Positions 19,275-29,441 of a stretch of DNA of 64,000 nucleotides are shown here, piece after piece; the first letter of the stretch is position 1; each line of letters opens with the position of its first letter. Made by a program: the position numbers and the translations under genes. Source of the DNA: Methanomicrobiales archaeon (lineage in GTDB: Archaea > Halobacteriota > Methanomicrobia > Methanomicrobiales > JACTUA01); NCBI GenBank assembly GCA_030019205.1, contig JASEFH010000006.1, positions 22,536-86,535 of the forward strand. The letters are read 5' to 3'. The notes below the pieces were generated by a model, which did not search any database, was not told the origin of the DNA, and was given only the letters and a program-made list of their open reading frames with translations.

Positions 19275-20024
19275 TCAGGCCCGGAGGACGGCGTGCAGCA
19301 CCCCCAGGACGCCGAGCGGTCCCCGCTGGTGCAGCCACTCGATCTCGAACGCATAGTGCCGGCTGATGTACTCGAGCAGCGCCGGGTTTACGGGGCCGGA
19401 GATCGGGGGCACGTGCAGCTCCATCTCGATCCGGCGGATGCCCGCCAGCTCCGCCGGGACGATGGACCATTCTCCGCCCTCGCAGTCGCACTTCAGAAAG
19501 TCGCACCCTCCCGCCAGGGAGCGGAGCTCGCGGAGCGGATACGTTCGCGCGGAGACCGTCCTGCCGCCCCACGAGATCTCCCGCACGCCCCCATCCCCCA
19601 GAGCGCCCTCCAGCACCGGGACCCGCACGCCGTTCAGGGCGATGTTGGACCGCAGGAGATCGGCGGTCACCGGCTCCACGGCAAAGACGTGCCGCGCCCT
19701 TCGCGCCGCCCGGATGCAGAACGCGCCCGCGTTGGCGCCGATGTCCAGGACGACGTCGTCCGGGCGGATGTCGTCTGCGCGGTAATCCTCGATGGTGTAC
19801 ACGGAATCCCCGGGATCACCGCCCCTGACGAACTTCACACCGTCGGGAGCGACCAGCACGGCGTCCCCGCGCTGCCTATCCGGGAAGGCGCGGACCACGC
19901 TCTCATCCTCCTCCGCATCCCTGCGCGAGACAGCAGGGCGGAGCACCTGCCGCCGGCGGTGCCGCCATCCCTCCCGCCCGCAGAAGGCATATTTAAAATG
20001 CTGCGATATAAAAATACTATGCAC
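19275..20024 (-). CDS. FkbM-family SAM-dependent methyltransferase
   Basis: VVLDIGANAGAFCIRAARRARHVFAVEP ... FLKCDCEGGEWSIV is the Methyltransf_21/FkbM signature. The start is uncertain because the first ~15 codons are AT-rich. Confidence 0.75.
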   Translation of the reverse strand: MHSIFISQHFKYAFCGREGWRHRRRQVLRPAVSRRDAEEDESVVRAFPDRQRGDAVLVAPDGVKFVRGGDPGDSVYTIEDYRADDIRPDDVVLDIGANAGAFCIRAARRARHVFAVEPVTADLLRSNIALNGVRVPVLEGALGDGGVREISWGGRTVSARTYPLRELRSLAGGCDFLKCDCEGGEWSIVPAELAGIRRIEMELHVPPISGPVNPALLEYISRHYAFEIEWLHQRGPLGVLGVLHAVLRA

Positions 20025-20125
20025 AAAATCGCCAGATAAGGTTGTAGAGTAGACTTCTTACGCATGCGTGCATGGGGGCATTTTACTTCCTGAGGCGGGA
20101 TCAGAACGAGGCATGAGGGATCGGA

Positions 20126-23100
20126 GTGAAGGAAGTCACCAGCAGTTACGATGCAAACGACGTGGAAGAGTCGGTGCAGAGATTCTGGAGCGAAGAGGCG
20201 ATCTACAGCAAGGTGAGGGAGCAGAAGAGCGGGGGCGCTCCGTTCTTCTTTGTCGACGGTCCGCCCTACACGACCGGCTACATCCACCTCGGCACGGCCT
20301 GGAACAAGATCATAAAAGACAGCATCCTCCGCTACCACCGCATGCAGGGGCGGCACGTCATCGAGCGGGCCGGCTACGACATGCACGGTCTCCCCATCGA
20401 GGTGAAGGTGGAGCACGAGCTCGGGTTCACCTCCAAAAAAGATATCGAGGAGTTCGGGATCGGGCCGTTCATCGAGCGTTGCCGTGAGTTCGCGCTCCGC
20501 AACAAGGACATCATGAGCGAGCAGTTCCGGCGCCTCGGCGTCTGGCTGGACTTCGAGGACCCCTACATGACCGTCGCCGAAGAGTACATCGAGGCCGCCT
20601 GGTGGACCCTCAGGAGGGCGGAGGAGCGGGGCATGCTCGAACGCGGTCACCGCGTGGTGAACTGGTGCCCCCGCTGCGAGACCGCGATCGCGGACTCCGA
20701 GGTCGACTACTGGGACGAGACCGATCCCTCCATCTACGTCAAGTTCCCGATAAACGGCCGCGAGAACGAGTACCTGGTGATCTGGACGACCACCCCCTGG
20801 ACGCTGCCGGCGAACGTCGCCGTCGCCGTCCACGCCGAGGCGGTGTACGCCCGCGTGCGTGCGAGGAAGGGGGATGCCGAGGAGATCCTCTGGATGGCGG
20901 ACGACCTCGTGGAGGGCGTTCTCCGCAAGGGGAGGTACCAGGACTATGCCGTGCTGGACCGCGTGCCGGGAAGCGCCCTCGCCGGCACGGAGTACTCCTC
21001 CCCCCTCGCCCCGGCGGTCCCCTTCCAGGATGCGGTCGCCCACCGCGTGGTGACGGCGGATTTCGTCACCCTGGAGAATACGGGCATGGTCCACATCGCC
21101 CCGGGGCACGGCTGGGACGACTACATCCTGGGGATCCGCGAGGGGCTCGCCATCTTCTGCCCGGTGGACGCCGCCGGACGGTTCACGGAAGAGGGCGGAA
21201 TGTTCTGCGGCATGCCCGTCCGCGAGGCGAACGCGGCCGTGCTCGCGCAGCTCGGCAGCCACCTGCTGGCGCAGGAGGAGGTCGTCCACCGCTACGGCCA
21301 CTGCTGGCGCTGCAAGGCGCCGATCATCTTCCGCGCCACCGAACAGTGGTTCCTCCGCGCCTCGGAGATCCGCGACCGCATGCTCCAGGAGATCGGAGAG
21401 GTCGAGTGGTTCCCGGAGTGGGCGGGAAGCGCCCGCTTCCACGACTGGGTGAAGGAGTCGCGGGACTGGTGCATCTCGCGGCAGCGCTACTGGGGCATCC
21501 CGATCCCCATATGGGTCTGCGAACGGTGCCGCCAGTACACGGTGGTCGGGACCATCGCAGAGCTCGAGGAGCGATCGGGGCGGAGGATCGGGGACCCGCA
21601 CCGCCCCTACGTGGACGGCGTGGAGATCCCCTGCCGGTGCGGAGGGGCCATGCGCCGCGTCCGGGACATCTTCGACGTCTGGTTCGACTCCGCCGTCGCC
21701 TCCTGGGCGACGCTGCGGTTCCCGCGCGAAACCGAGGCTTTCGAGAAGCACTGGCCGGCGGACTTCATCACCGAGGGGCAGGACCAGACCCGCGGGTGGT
21801 TCTACTCGCAGCTCGGGGCGAGCACCATCGCCTTCAACCGCGCCCCCTACCGCTCCGTGCTGATGCACGGGTTCGCCCTGGACGCCGAGGGGCGCAAGAT
21901 GAGCAAGAGCCTGGGCAACGTGGTGCAGCCCGAGGAGGTGATGGAGAAGTTCGGCGCCGATGTCCTCCGCCTCTACATGCTCTCGGCGAACGCACCCTGG
22001 GACGACCTGAAGTTCAACTGGGAGGGGGTGCGGACCGTCAACCGTGCGATCAACATCCTCTGGAACGTCTACCGCTTCCCGCTCCCCTACATGATCCTGG
22101 ACGGCTACAAGCCGCCCGTGACCGCCTCCGGCCGCTGGGATGCGGAGTCCCTGGTCCCCCGCTTTGCGCGGATGCCCGAAGAGGACCGCTGCATCCTCTC
22201 GCGGGTGAACACGGTCGCCGGCATCGTGGACGCGGCGATGGGCGAGTGCCAGCTCCACCACGCCACCCGGGCCCTGATCGCCCTGGTGCTCGAGGATCTC
22301 TCGCGGTGGTACGTGCAGCTGGTCCGCCCCCGCATGTGGCTCGAGGAGGCGGCGGAGGAGAAGGCGTTCGCCTACGACACCATGTACTACGCGCTCCGCC
22401 GGATCGTGCAGCTCCTGGCGCCCTTCATCCCCCATCTGGCAGAGAAGATCTACCAGAACCTCCGCACGGAGGGCGATCCCGAGAGCGTCCACATGCTGGA
22501 GTGGGCGGCGCCGGACCGGCGCCTCATCGACCGCGACCTCGAGGAGGCGATGGATCTGGTCCGCTCCTTCGACGAGGCGGTGGCGGCGGCGCGCCAGGCG
22601 GGAAAGAGGAAGCTCCGCTGGCCGGTGCAGACCTGCGTGGTCGCGACCGGGAGCGGGAAGATCGAGCACGCGATCTCCCGCCTGAACGGCATCTGCCGCT
22701 CCCGGGCGAACAGCCGCACGGTCTCGGTGGTGCGGGGGGCGTGGGATCGGATCGGGTTCCGCGCCGAGCCGATCATGAAGGCGATCGGCCCGGCGTTCGG
22801 GAAGGAAGCGCCCCGCGTGAAGCGGCTGATCGAGAGCGCCGACGGGCGGTGGATGAAGGACGCCCTGGAGCGGGACGGCAGCGTCGTTCTCATCGAGGGC
22901 GATTCCACGTTCGAGATCACCGCCGATCACGTCCGCTTTGTGGAGGAACTCCCCGAGGGCGTCTTCTCCGCCCCCATGCGGGACGGTGTGGTCTACGTGG
23001 ATGTGAGGCTGACACCGGAGCTGGAGGCGGAAGGGTATGCCCGCGAGGTGATCCGCCGCCTCCAGGAGATGCGCCGCCAGCTCGATCTCCGCGTCGAGGA

Positions 23101-23317
23101 CTACATCGAGGCGGAGGTGATCGTCGCGGACGACCGCATCCGCACGCTCGTCCGCGACGGCTGGAAGGAGCCCATCATGCGCGAGGTGAGGGCGCACACC
23201 CTGGCCATCCGCGGCCCGGAGTCCGCGGAGGGCGGGAGGGCGTGGACGCTGGAGAACGCGTGGGACGTGGAAGGCGTGCGCATGGTCACGCACGTCTCAC
23301 GGGCGGTCGAGGAGTGA
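20126..23317 (+). CDS. ileS: Isoleucyl-tRNA synthetase
   Basis: 1063 aa with a GTG start, a HIGH-type motif (PPYTTGYIHLGTAWNK), KMSKS (GRKMSKSLGN) and a CP1 editing insertion. Confidence 0.96.
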   Translation: MKEVTSSYDANDVEESVQRFWSEEAIYSKVREQKSGGAPFFFVDGPPYTTGYIHLGTAWNKIIKDSILRYHRMQGRHVIERAGYDMHGLPIEVKVEHELGFTSKKDIEEFGIGPFIERCREFALRNKDIMSEQFRRLGVWLDFEDPYMTVAEEYIEAAWWTLRRAEERGMLERGHRVVNWCPRCETAIADSEVDYWDETDPSIYVKFPINGRENEYLVIWTTTPWTLPANVAVAVHAEAVYARVRARKGDAEEILWMADDLVEGVLRKGRYQDYAVLDRVPGSALAGTEYSSPLAPAVPFQDAVAHRVVTADFVTLENTGMVHIAPGHGWDDYILGIREGLAIFCPVDAAGRFTEEGGMFCGMPVREANAAVLAQLGSHLLAQEEVVHRYGHCWRCKAPIIFRATEQWFLRASEIRDRMLQEIGEVEWFPEWAGSARFHDWVKESRDWCISRQRYWGIPIPIWVCERCRQYTVVGTIAELEERSGRRIGDPHRPYVDGVEIPCRCGGAMRRVRDIFDVWFDSAVASWATLRFPRETEAFEKHWPADFITEGQDQTRGWFYSQLGASTIAFNRAPYRSVLMHGFALDAEGRKMSKSLGNVVQPEEVMEKFGADVLRLYMLSANAPWDDLKFNWEGVRTVNRAINILWNVYRFPLPYMILDGYKPPVTASGRWDAESLVPRFARMPEEDRCILSRVNTVAGIVDAAMGECQLHHATRALIALVLEDLSRWYVQLVRPRMWLEEAAEEKAFAYDTMYYALRRIVQLLAPFIPHLAEKIYQNLRTEGDPESVHMLEWAAPDRRLIDRDLEEAMDLVRSFDEAVAAARQAGKRKLRWPVQTCVVATGSGKIEHAISRLNGICRSRANSRTVSVVRGAWDRIGFRAEPIMKAIGPAFGKEAPRVKRLIESADGRWMKDALERDGSVVLIEGDSTFEITADHVRFVEELPEGVFSAPMRDGVVYVDVRLTPELEAEGYAREVIRRLQEMRRQLDLRVEDYIEAEVIVADDRIRTLVRDGWKEPIMREVRAHTLAIRGPESAEGGRAWTLENAWDVEGVRMVTHVSRAVEE

Positions 23318-24028
23318 GCGGAGGAACTCCCGCCCCTCGGGGGAGCCGAACAGCGGAAGCTCCGTGCAGATCCGCACCTCGCTCCGAATGGCTCGCACCG
23401 CCTGCTGCGTCAGGGGATTGTAGCCCTCCCGCTCCACGAGCTCCTTGTAGACCAGCACCCCGCGCCGCTGCCACGCCGGCGTCCTGGCCAGGTTGATCCC
23501 GCGGGCGTGCAGCAGTTCGTGAATCTCCGATGCCGGCACTTTTTTCAGCCGTGCGGCCGCCTCGCGGGGGGTCAGCCCCTCCCCGACGAGGGCGTGCTGC
23601 CCATAGGCGTTGACGTGGTTCCGCCAGGCCTCCCTCTGGCGCTCGATCAGGTATTCCATGGCGTGCTGTCCGAACGCGGGCAGGATCCGGGCGTCGAATG
23701 CCAGCGGCGCTCTGCAGCGGAGGGCGAGCGTCAGGCTGCTCGCTGCATAGGATGCACATACCGAGTCGATCTTCTCGATGCGCCCCTCGAAGGGGAGGTG
23801 GCGGAAGAAGAGGCTGATCTCGTCGGAGAAGGTGAACGCAAAGTCGGGGCTCATGCCGCTCTCGCGGATCAGGCTCGCGCAGACGCTCCGCATCGCCTCG
23901 CTGAACCGTTCGTCGAACGGCCTCTCGAACTGCAGCACGCGGGAGAGGCGGTGAAAGGCTCGCCCGTCCAGGCGGACAAAAACGGGGGGAAGTATCTTGA
24001 GACCGCTGAAAATTTCGCGGTTTTCCAT
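23297..24028 (-). CDS. thg1: tRNA-His guanylyltransferase, Thg1-like protein
   Basis: MENREIFSGLKILPPVFVRLDGRAFHRLSRVLQFERPFDERFSEAM... matches the Thg1 N-terminal catalytic region (vRlDGrxF). Its 3' end overlaps ileS convergently by 21 bp. Confidence 0.85.
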   Translation of the reverse strand: MENREIFSGLKILPPVFVRLDGRAFHRLSRVLQFERPFDERFSEAMRSVCASLIRESGMSPDFAFTFSDEISLFFRHLPFEGRIEKIDSVCASYAASSLTLALRCRAPLAFDARILPAFGQHAMEYLIERQREAWRNHVNAYGQHALVGEGLTPREAAARLKKVPASEIHELLHARGINLARTPAWQRRGVLVYKELVEREGYNPLTQQAVRAIRSEVRICTELPLFGSPEGREFLRSLLDRP

Positions 24029-24064
24029 GCGTGGATCCGGAACCCGATCCGGGGCGTCGGGATG

Positions 24065-24319
24065 TCAGTCCCCGCTCCGGGCGCCCCTGCCGAGATGGCG
24101 GATGACGATGATGTCCCCGATGCTCTTGATGATGCGGAACGGTATCCGCACGCCGCGGAAGCCCTTCACATCCACGAACTCCGGATTGAGGTTGCCGAGA
24201 GCCAGGGAGTCGATCTTCTTCCCGTCGACGTCGAGCACCACGTCCTCCACATCCCCCACATACACGGCCTTATCGGTATATACGGAGAGCCCGAACAGTT
24301 CAGTAACCTGCGTCTGCAT
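24065..24319 (-). CDS. PRC-barrel domain protein
   Basis: Only the last 84 codons of track ORF 24065..25405 look real: MQTQVTELFGLSVYTDKAVYVGDVEDVVLDVDGKKIDSLALGNL... The rest of that ORF is antisense to the protease gene. Confidence 0.7.
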   Translation of the reverse strand: MQTQVTELFGLSVYTDKAVYVGDVEDVVLDVDGKKIDSLALGNLNPEFVDVKGFRGVRIPFRIIKSIGDIIVIRHLGRGARSGD

Positions 24320-24376
24320 ACAGATCCTCGTGATCAGTATATTATTATAGAAGTTAAAAAGATACCCCATTGCATC

Positions 24377-25513
24377 ATGAACGGCGGCTCTCTCCAGATA
24401 GGGACGATCTACGGCATTCCCCTGAAATTGCACTGGTCCCTCCTCCTCGTGATTCCCCTTTTCGCCTGGATCATCGGCGTCCAGATCGGGCCAACGGCAT
24501 CCATCCTCGAGGATCTGTTCAACCTCACCATCGACCGGGGGATCATCGCGACGGGTTTCAATCCCTACATCCTCGGCACGGCGGTCTCGATCGGTCTCTT
24601 CGTCGGGGTCCTGATCCACGAACTGGCGCACTCCCTCCTGGCGAAGAAGAGGGGCGTGAAGATCAACAGCATCACCCTGCTGATCCTGGGCGGTGTCTCC
24701 TCCATCGAGGAGGAGGTCCCGAACCCGCGGATAGAGCTGCCGATGGCACTCGCAGGCCCGCTGACCAGCCTGGCCCTGGGGCTCGTCTCCATCGCCGTGA
24801 TGTACCTCGGCGACGCCTTCATCCCGGATCCCCCCCTCGCGGGAGTCTGGGTGTTCCTCTGGGGCTACCTCGGGCTCCTGAACGTCGTCCTCTTCGGGTT
24901 CAACATCCTTCCCGCCTTCCCGATGGACGGCGGGCGCGTGCTGCGGGCGTGGCTCGCGCAGAGGATGACGCTCCCGCGCGCCACACGGATTGCGGCCAAT
25001 ATCGGAAAGGCCTTCGCCGTTCTGTTCGGCATATTCGGCTTCATCATCTTCAACCCCATCCTCATCATCATTGCCTTCTTCATCTACATCGCCGCCAGCC
25101 AGGAGTCGGCGCAGCTGCAGTACAACGTGCTCCTGAAAGACGTGCGGGTGGGGGACGTGATGTCCGGGCCCGTCATGACCGTATCTCCCGAGACGCCGCT
25201 CACCGAGCTGGTGAACCGCATGTACAGCACCAAGCACCTGGGATTTCCGGTCATGCAGAACGGTTCGCTCGTCGGCATGGTCACGCTGGACGATGTGCAC
25301 CGCGTCCCGGTGGATAAGCGGGACCTGACGCAGGTGAAGGATGTCATGACACGGGACGTCCTCACGCTCCCGCCCCAGGCCCCTCTCACCGATGCCCTGC
25401 GCCACATGGCCTCCCGCAACATCGGGCGGATCCCCGTGATGCGGGGCAATGACCTGATCGGGATCGTCACCCGCACCGACATCATGCGGGTGATGGAGCT
25501 CCGCGACGGCTAG
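24377..25513 (+). CDS. Site-2 (M50) intramembrane metalloprotease with two CBS domains
   Basis: ATG 24377 (MNGGSLQIGTIYGIPLKLHWSLLL), HELAH zinc motif, NILPAFPMDGGRVL, then a tandem CBS pair (VGDVMSGPVMTV..., VKDVMTRDVLTL...). Confidence 0.9.
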   Translation: MNGGSLQIGTIYGIPLKLHWSLLLVIPLFAWIIGVQIGPTASILEDLFNLTIDRGIIATGFNPYILGTAVSIGLFVGVLIHELAHSLLAKKRGVKINSITLLILGGVSSIEEEVPNPRIELPMALAGPLTSLALGLVSIAVMYLGDAFIPDPPLAGVWVFLWGYLGLLNVVLFGFNILPAFPMDGGRVLRAWLAQRMTLPRATRIAANIGKAFAVLFGIFGFIIFNPILIIIAFFIYIAASQESAQLQYNVLLKDVRVGDVMSGPVMTVSPETPLTELVNRMYSTKHLGFPVMQNGSLVGMVTLDDVHRVPVDKRDLTQVKDVMTRDVLTLPPQAPLTDALRHMASRNIGRIPVMRGNDLIGIVTRTDIMRVMELRDG

Positions 25514-27150
25514 AAGGCGAGGGACTCATCGATCGGGGTTCGCCCGGCGACCGCCCGGAACTCCTCGAGGCTCCTGAACGGCCTCCTCGCGGCGATCAGC
25601 CCGGCTCTCTTCCCGATGCCGGGGATCCAGCGGAGGGCGCTGACGGGGAGGCGGTTCACCTCGACGGGGTGCGGGAGCGCGGTGACCGACCGCATGCCGT
25701 AGTCCACCACCACGGCGTCCAGGACCGTGCGGCGGGGAAGGGGCAGGGGTATCCCGACCAGGATGGGGTAGGAGCCCATCTGCCGCCCGAACGAGAGGTT
25801 TCCCTCCTCCTCGACCACCACCCTGCGGAGCACGGTCCCGGGAGGGAATACGCGCCGCAGCATCGGCGCATCGAACGTTCGGCGGACCCATTCCTTGAAC
25901 CGGCGGAACTGGCTCTCGTGCCTTCCCAGCGTATTCTGCTCGTACGCGGGCGTGCCGGGGAAGGGCATCACCTGGCGGATGTTCACCCGCCGCACCAGGA
26001 GGCCTTCGGCATAAACGCGCTCCAGGAAGCGGCGGTTCATCTCGAACGTGGCGGGCGTCTCCCCGGCGAGCCCGACGACAAAGTTCAGGCCCGGAAGGAG
26101 TTCCGGGATCCCCTCGCGGCGCGCCCCGCCCTCCTCGTTCACGACCCGGATCGCATGGAGCACCTCCTCGGCGGATGCCTTGAGGTTGTTGGCCCGGATC
26201 ACGGCGGGATCGGCGGTCTCCATGCCGAACGCCGCCACGTCGCCGGGAGTGTGGCCCCGCACGATCTCCCGCAGGGCCTCCCGGCTCGCCTCCTCGTGAT
26301 GCGCGATGGTTCCCGGGTTCACGTTGTCGATGTGGAGGGTGGCGAGATCCGGCGCCGCCCGACGGATGGCGGAGAAGAGGGCGGAGAGCTGTTCGGGACG
26401 CGGGCGGGGGAACTCGGCGCCGTCCGCACCGTAGACCAGGAGGTCCGGCTGCCGCCCCAGGCGGAAGTGGCGGGCGCCGTGGCGGTAGAGCGCCGCCACC
26501 TCCTCCGCGATGCCCGCGACGGAGCGGTAGCGGGGCAGCCCGTAGAGGCGTTCGGTGCAGAAGGCGCAGCCGCCTGCGATGGTGCGGGGGCACCCCCGCC
26601 CGCTCTCGAGCTCGCACATCACGTAGGGGAACGAGGGGTGCTGGACGATGATTCCGGCCCCCTGCACGAACCAGCGGTCCGCCCGATCGTAGTCGACCTC
26701 CCCCTTCGCCTCCCCCCCGCCGAGATAGGAGTCCAGCGCCTCGGCGGGCGAGCCGGCGAGCGTCACCTCGAAGCCGGGGATCGGCTGCTGCACCGCCCGC
26801 CTTCCTCCCTGCACGGCATACCCGAAGAGGATCGGCCCGCCCAGCACCTTCGCGGGATGCCGCAGCGAGGTGCCGATCTGCCCGATCTCCCGCGCCGTCG
26901 CCGGCCTGCCGCCCAGGTAGGCGCCCGGGACCGTGAGGCCCGCGATCATCACCACGAGGTCGGCGCGATCGAGCTCCGGCAGGAGGGCCGGATCCGAGCG
27001 CAGCTGGTCGATCGTCAGGTAGCGGACCTCCCGTCCGTGCTCGCGGAGGACGCCGCCCAGCTCGCGGATGTAGGGGGATACGTAGGGCGGAACGCCCAGG
27101 CAGGCGGGTTCGTCCACGTACCCGTCGAGCAGGACGGCTCTAGATGTCAT
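25510..27150 (-). CDS. Radical SAM protein (archaeal, with C-terminal helix-hairpin-helix)
   Basis: 546 aa with the Cys cluster ESGRGCPRTIAGGCAFC and a C-terminal IPGIGKRAGLIAARRPFRSLEEF HhH-like motif. Confidence 0.75.
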   Translation of the reverse strand: MTSRAVLLDGYVDEPACLGVPPYVSPYIRELGGVLREHGREVRYLTIDQLRSDPALLPELDRADLVVMIAGLTVPGAYLGGRPATAREIGQIGTSLRHPAKVLGGPILFGYAVQGGRRAVQQPIPGFEVTLAGSPAEALDSYLGGGEAKGEVDYDRADRWFVQGAGIIVQHPSFPYVMCELESGRGCPRTIAGGCAFCTERLYGLPRYRSVAGIAEEVAALYRHGARHFRLGRQPDLLVYGADGAEFPRPRPEQLSALFSAIRRAAPDLATLHIDNVNPGTIAHHEEASREALREIVRGHTPGDVAAFGMETADPAVIRANNLKASAEEVLHAIRVVNEEGGARREGIPELLPGLNFVVGLAGETPATFEMNRRFLERVYAEGLLVRRVNIRQVMPFPGTPAYEQNTLGRHESQFRRFKEWVRRTFDAPMLRRVFPPGTVLRRVVVEEEGNLSFGRQMGSYPILVGIPLPLPRRTVLDAVVVDYGMRSVTALPHPVEVNRLPVSALRWIPGIGKRAGLIAARRPFRSLEEFRAVAGRTPIDESLAF

Positions 27151-27769
27151 GCCCGATCCGCGCCAGCAGCCTCCTGGCCCAGCGGAGCTTGCCCCGCTTC
27201 AGCGGGTCGACGTGGGGATCGTCGAGATCGAACCCGACGATCCGCACCTCGCGGGCGCCGAGGGCGTGGGCGGCGTAAACCGCCCGGTCCCCGTCGGTGA
27301 ACCCGCCGAAGTTGTGGACGTGCGGGAGCGGGCGGCTCTGCGTGGTGGCGACCAGCGGTCCGGGGAACTTCGGCACCCAGTGGCGGAGGAGCGGCATGTT
27401 GTCCCCGTGGGCGTGCACCACCATGACGCTACCCTGCCGGTTCAGGGAGAGATACGCGTCCGTCGCCCCGTCCAGGTCGGTGAAGACCGCGTCGGGGAGG
27501 ATGCCGCGGGCGTCGAGGATCAGGGCGGCGGCATCCGCCGCAAAGACCACTCCCCCGATCCCGTCCAGCTCGTCCGCCAGGGCGGGGGCGTTGCCGCAGA
27601 CGGTGACCGCTTCGCCCCGCGTCCTCTCTTCGAGCAGGGCAACGTCGTCGCGGCGGATCAGGGAGGCGAGGAGGGCGGCGGCCTCCTCGTCCTTTTCGCG
27701 CTCGAAAGAGAAGTAATCCAGGATCTCGGTGTAGACCGGCTCCCACTCTTCAAAGTTCAAAGATATCAT
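27140..27769 (-). CDS. mptE: 6-hydroxymethyl-7,8-dihydropterin pyrophosphokinase, MptE-like (DUF115)
   Basis: 209 aa containing VTVCGNAPAL...VFTDLDG...VVHAHGDN...GFTDGDRAVY, the DUF115/MptE pattern. Overlaps the downstream radical SAM gene by 11 nt. Confidence 0.7.
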   Translation of the reverse strand: MISLNFEEWEPVYTEILDYFSFEREKDEEAAALLASLIRRDDVALLEERTRGEAVTVCGNAPALADELDGIGGVVFAADAAALILDARGILPDAVFTDLDGATDAYLSLNRQGSVMVVHAHGDNMPLLRHWVPKFPGPLVATTQSRPLPHVHNFGGFTDGDRAVYAAHALGAREVRIVGFDLDDPHVDPLKRGKLRWARRLLARIGHDI

Positions 27770-29225
27770 GGTTCTCTTCTTTCTCCAGCCCGACGACGCG
27801 GAGGAACTTCGAGATGATGGGCTCCTGGACGAGGCTCAGGAGATCCTCTTTCGTCTTGACCAGGCTGAAGTAGGCGAGGGGGATGGTGACGGCGCCCATG
27901 TTCGCGTGCCCGCCTGCATCCCCGATGTCCCCGAACGCCTCCTTCAGGACGTTGCCGATGTGCAGGCGGATGTCGCGGTTGCGGGCGGAGATGTAGATCG
28001 CCGAATCCCCGATGCCGTAGACGAGGGCGGTGTTCACGCCTTCGAGCCCGATCAGGAGATCCGCCGCCTGGGGTATCGCATCCCGGTTCCGCACGAACCC
28101 GACGTTGGAGAAGAGGTAGCCGCTGCGGATCTTCTTGTTGCGGATCGCATGCCCGAGCACGTCGAGCGTCTCCTGGGAGACCGCGGGCGAGATGATCTTG
28201 TCCAGAAGATCGGCATCGGTGAGCGGCAGGAGGAAGGCGGCGTAGGTCAGGTCCGAGGGGGTGATGCTCCTCCGGAAATCGCGGGTGTCCGCGCGGATGC
28301 CGTAGAAGAGCGCCGTTGCCACCTTCTTGCTCACCGGGATGTCCAGATCCTGGAGGTACTGGGTCATGATGCTCGCCGTCGCGCCCATGCCCGGACGGTT
28401 GTCCACGAAGTCCGCGTTCAGGGTCTTCGGATCCCCGTTCCTGTGGTGGTCGATGACGATGTTGATCCGGGCGTCCCGCGGGAGATCGTTGTTCTCGCCC
28501 GGCGACGACGAGTCCACGAGCGCGAGGTAGCGGCATTCGGCCAGGACCTGCGGCGTGATCCGCTCCATGCGGATATCGAGCATGTTCACGAAGGCCTTGT
28601 TCTCCTGGTGTCCGATGTTCCCGCTGTAGAGGATGCGCGTCTGCAGTTTCCCGTCGCTCGCCTCGGCCGCGATGGCTGCCAGCGCCATCGCGCTCGAGAT
28701 CGAGTCAGGATCCGGGTTGGTGTGAGTGACGATGCCCAGTGTCCCCTCCCATCCCGCCAGGCGGTCGTAGAGGCTGCGCGCCAGGCGGGAGGCGTGGAAC
28801 ATCTTGATGTGGCGCACCGCCGCCTTGGCGATGAACTCCTGGGGGTAGATGACGAGATCGGACCCGGCGTCCTGCAGCATGCTCGTGCTCACCGGATCCA
28901 CGGCACGCGCGATCACGTGCGTCGAGGGGTGCCTGCTCTTGATGGAACGGACCGCTGCGAGGTTGGCGTCCTTGTCGTTGCTCAGCACGAACGCCGTCTC
29001 GGGCACCGGCAGATCCTCGAGGAGCGCGGGATCCCGCAGGTCCCGCAGGATCGCCTCGTGCTTGTGCATGCGGAGATCCTCCACCCGCTTCTGGTCGTTG
29101 TCGATGACGAGGATGCGATCGGTCTCCCGGGAGAGTTCCTCGATCACGTGGTAGCCCGTGCTCCCGCAGCCGAATATGATATAGTCTATTTTCGCCTTCG
29201 AGGAGTCTGGTTCTGTGTCAGGCAT
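27750..29225 (-). CDS. TrkA-N (RCK) domain fused to a DHH/DHHA1 phosphoesterase
   Basis: The N-terminus IIFGCGSTGYHVIEEL is a Rossmann/RCK_N fold. The DHH motifs are THTNPDPDSISS, DSSSP, IDHHRNGD and GGHANMGA. Confidence 0.8.
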   Translation of the reverse strand: MPDTEPDSSKAKIDYIIFGCGSTGYHVIEELSRETDRILVIDNDQKRVEDLRMHKHEAILRDLRDPALLEDLPVPETAFVLSNDKDANLAAVRSIKSRHPSTHVIARAVDPVSTSMLQDAGSDLVIYPQEFIAKAAVRHIKMFHASRLARSLYDRLAGWEGTLGIVTHTNPDPDSISSAMALAAIAAEASDGKLQTRILYSGNIGHQENKAFVNMLDIRMERITPQVLAECRYLALVDSSSPGENNDLPRDARINIVIDHHRNGDPKTLNADFVDNRPGMGATASIMTQYLQDLDIPVSKKVATALFYGIRADTRDFRRSITPSDLTYAAFLLPLTDADLLDKIISPAVSQETLDVLGHAIRNKKIRSGYLFSNVGFVRNRDAIPQAADLLIGLEGVNTALVYGIGDSAIYISARNRDIRLHIGNVLKEAFGDIGDAGGHANMGAVTIPLAYFSLVKTKEDLLSLVQEPIISKFLRVVGLEKEENHDIFEL

Positions 29226-29270
29226 GCCTATTGAGTGTCAGCTCCGTACCATATTAAGGCGTTCCGAAAG

Positions 29271-29287
29271 TTATATCTTTATATATC
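29271..29287 (+). promoter_or_regulatory. TATA box for tRNA-Lys
   Basis: ttatatctttatatat lies 26-42 nt upstream of the mature tRNA 5' end at 29313. Confidence 0.55.
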
Positions 29288-29312
29288 GACCAGTTATTTA
29301 GGTCAACTGCAT

Positions 29313-29386
29313 GGGCCTGTAGCTTAGTCAGGCAGAGCGATGGACTCTTAATCCATCGGCCAGGGGTTCAAATCCCTTCAGGCCCG
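29313..29386 (+). tRNA. tRNA-Lys (CUU)
   Basis: Cloverleaf folded by hand. The acceptor gggcctg pairs with caggccc. The anticodon stem is atgga/tccat with loop CTCTTAA (anticodon CTT). The T-loop is ggttcaaatcc. No CCA is encoded. Confidence 0.9.
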
Positions 29387-29441
29387 TCCATTTTCCGTAT
29401 TGTTCCGCCGGTGCCCCGGACCGCGCGACTTCGCCATCCGC

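Noticed and set aside
19835-23496. 1152-aa minus-strand ORF and 964-aa plus-strand ORF overlapping ileS
   Set aside because: ileS (HIGH and KMSKS motifs) occupies the locus. The alternatives are Arg/Gly/Pro-rich nonsense.
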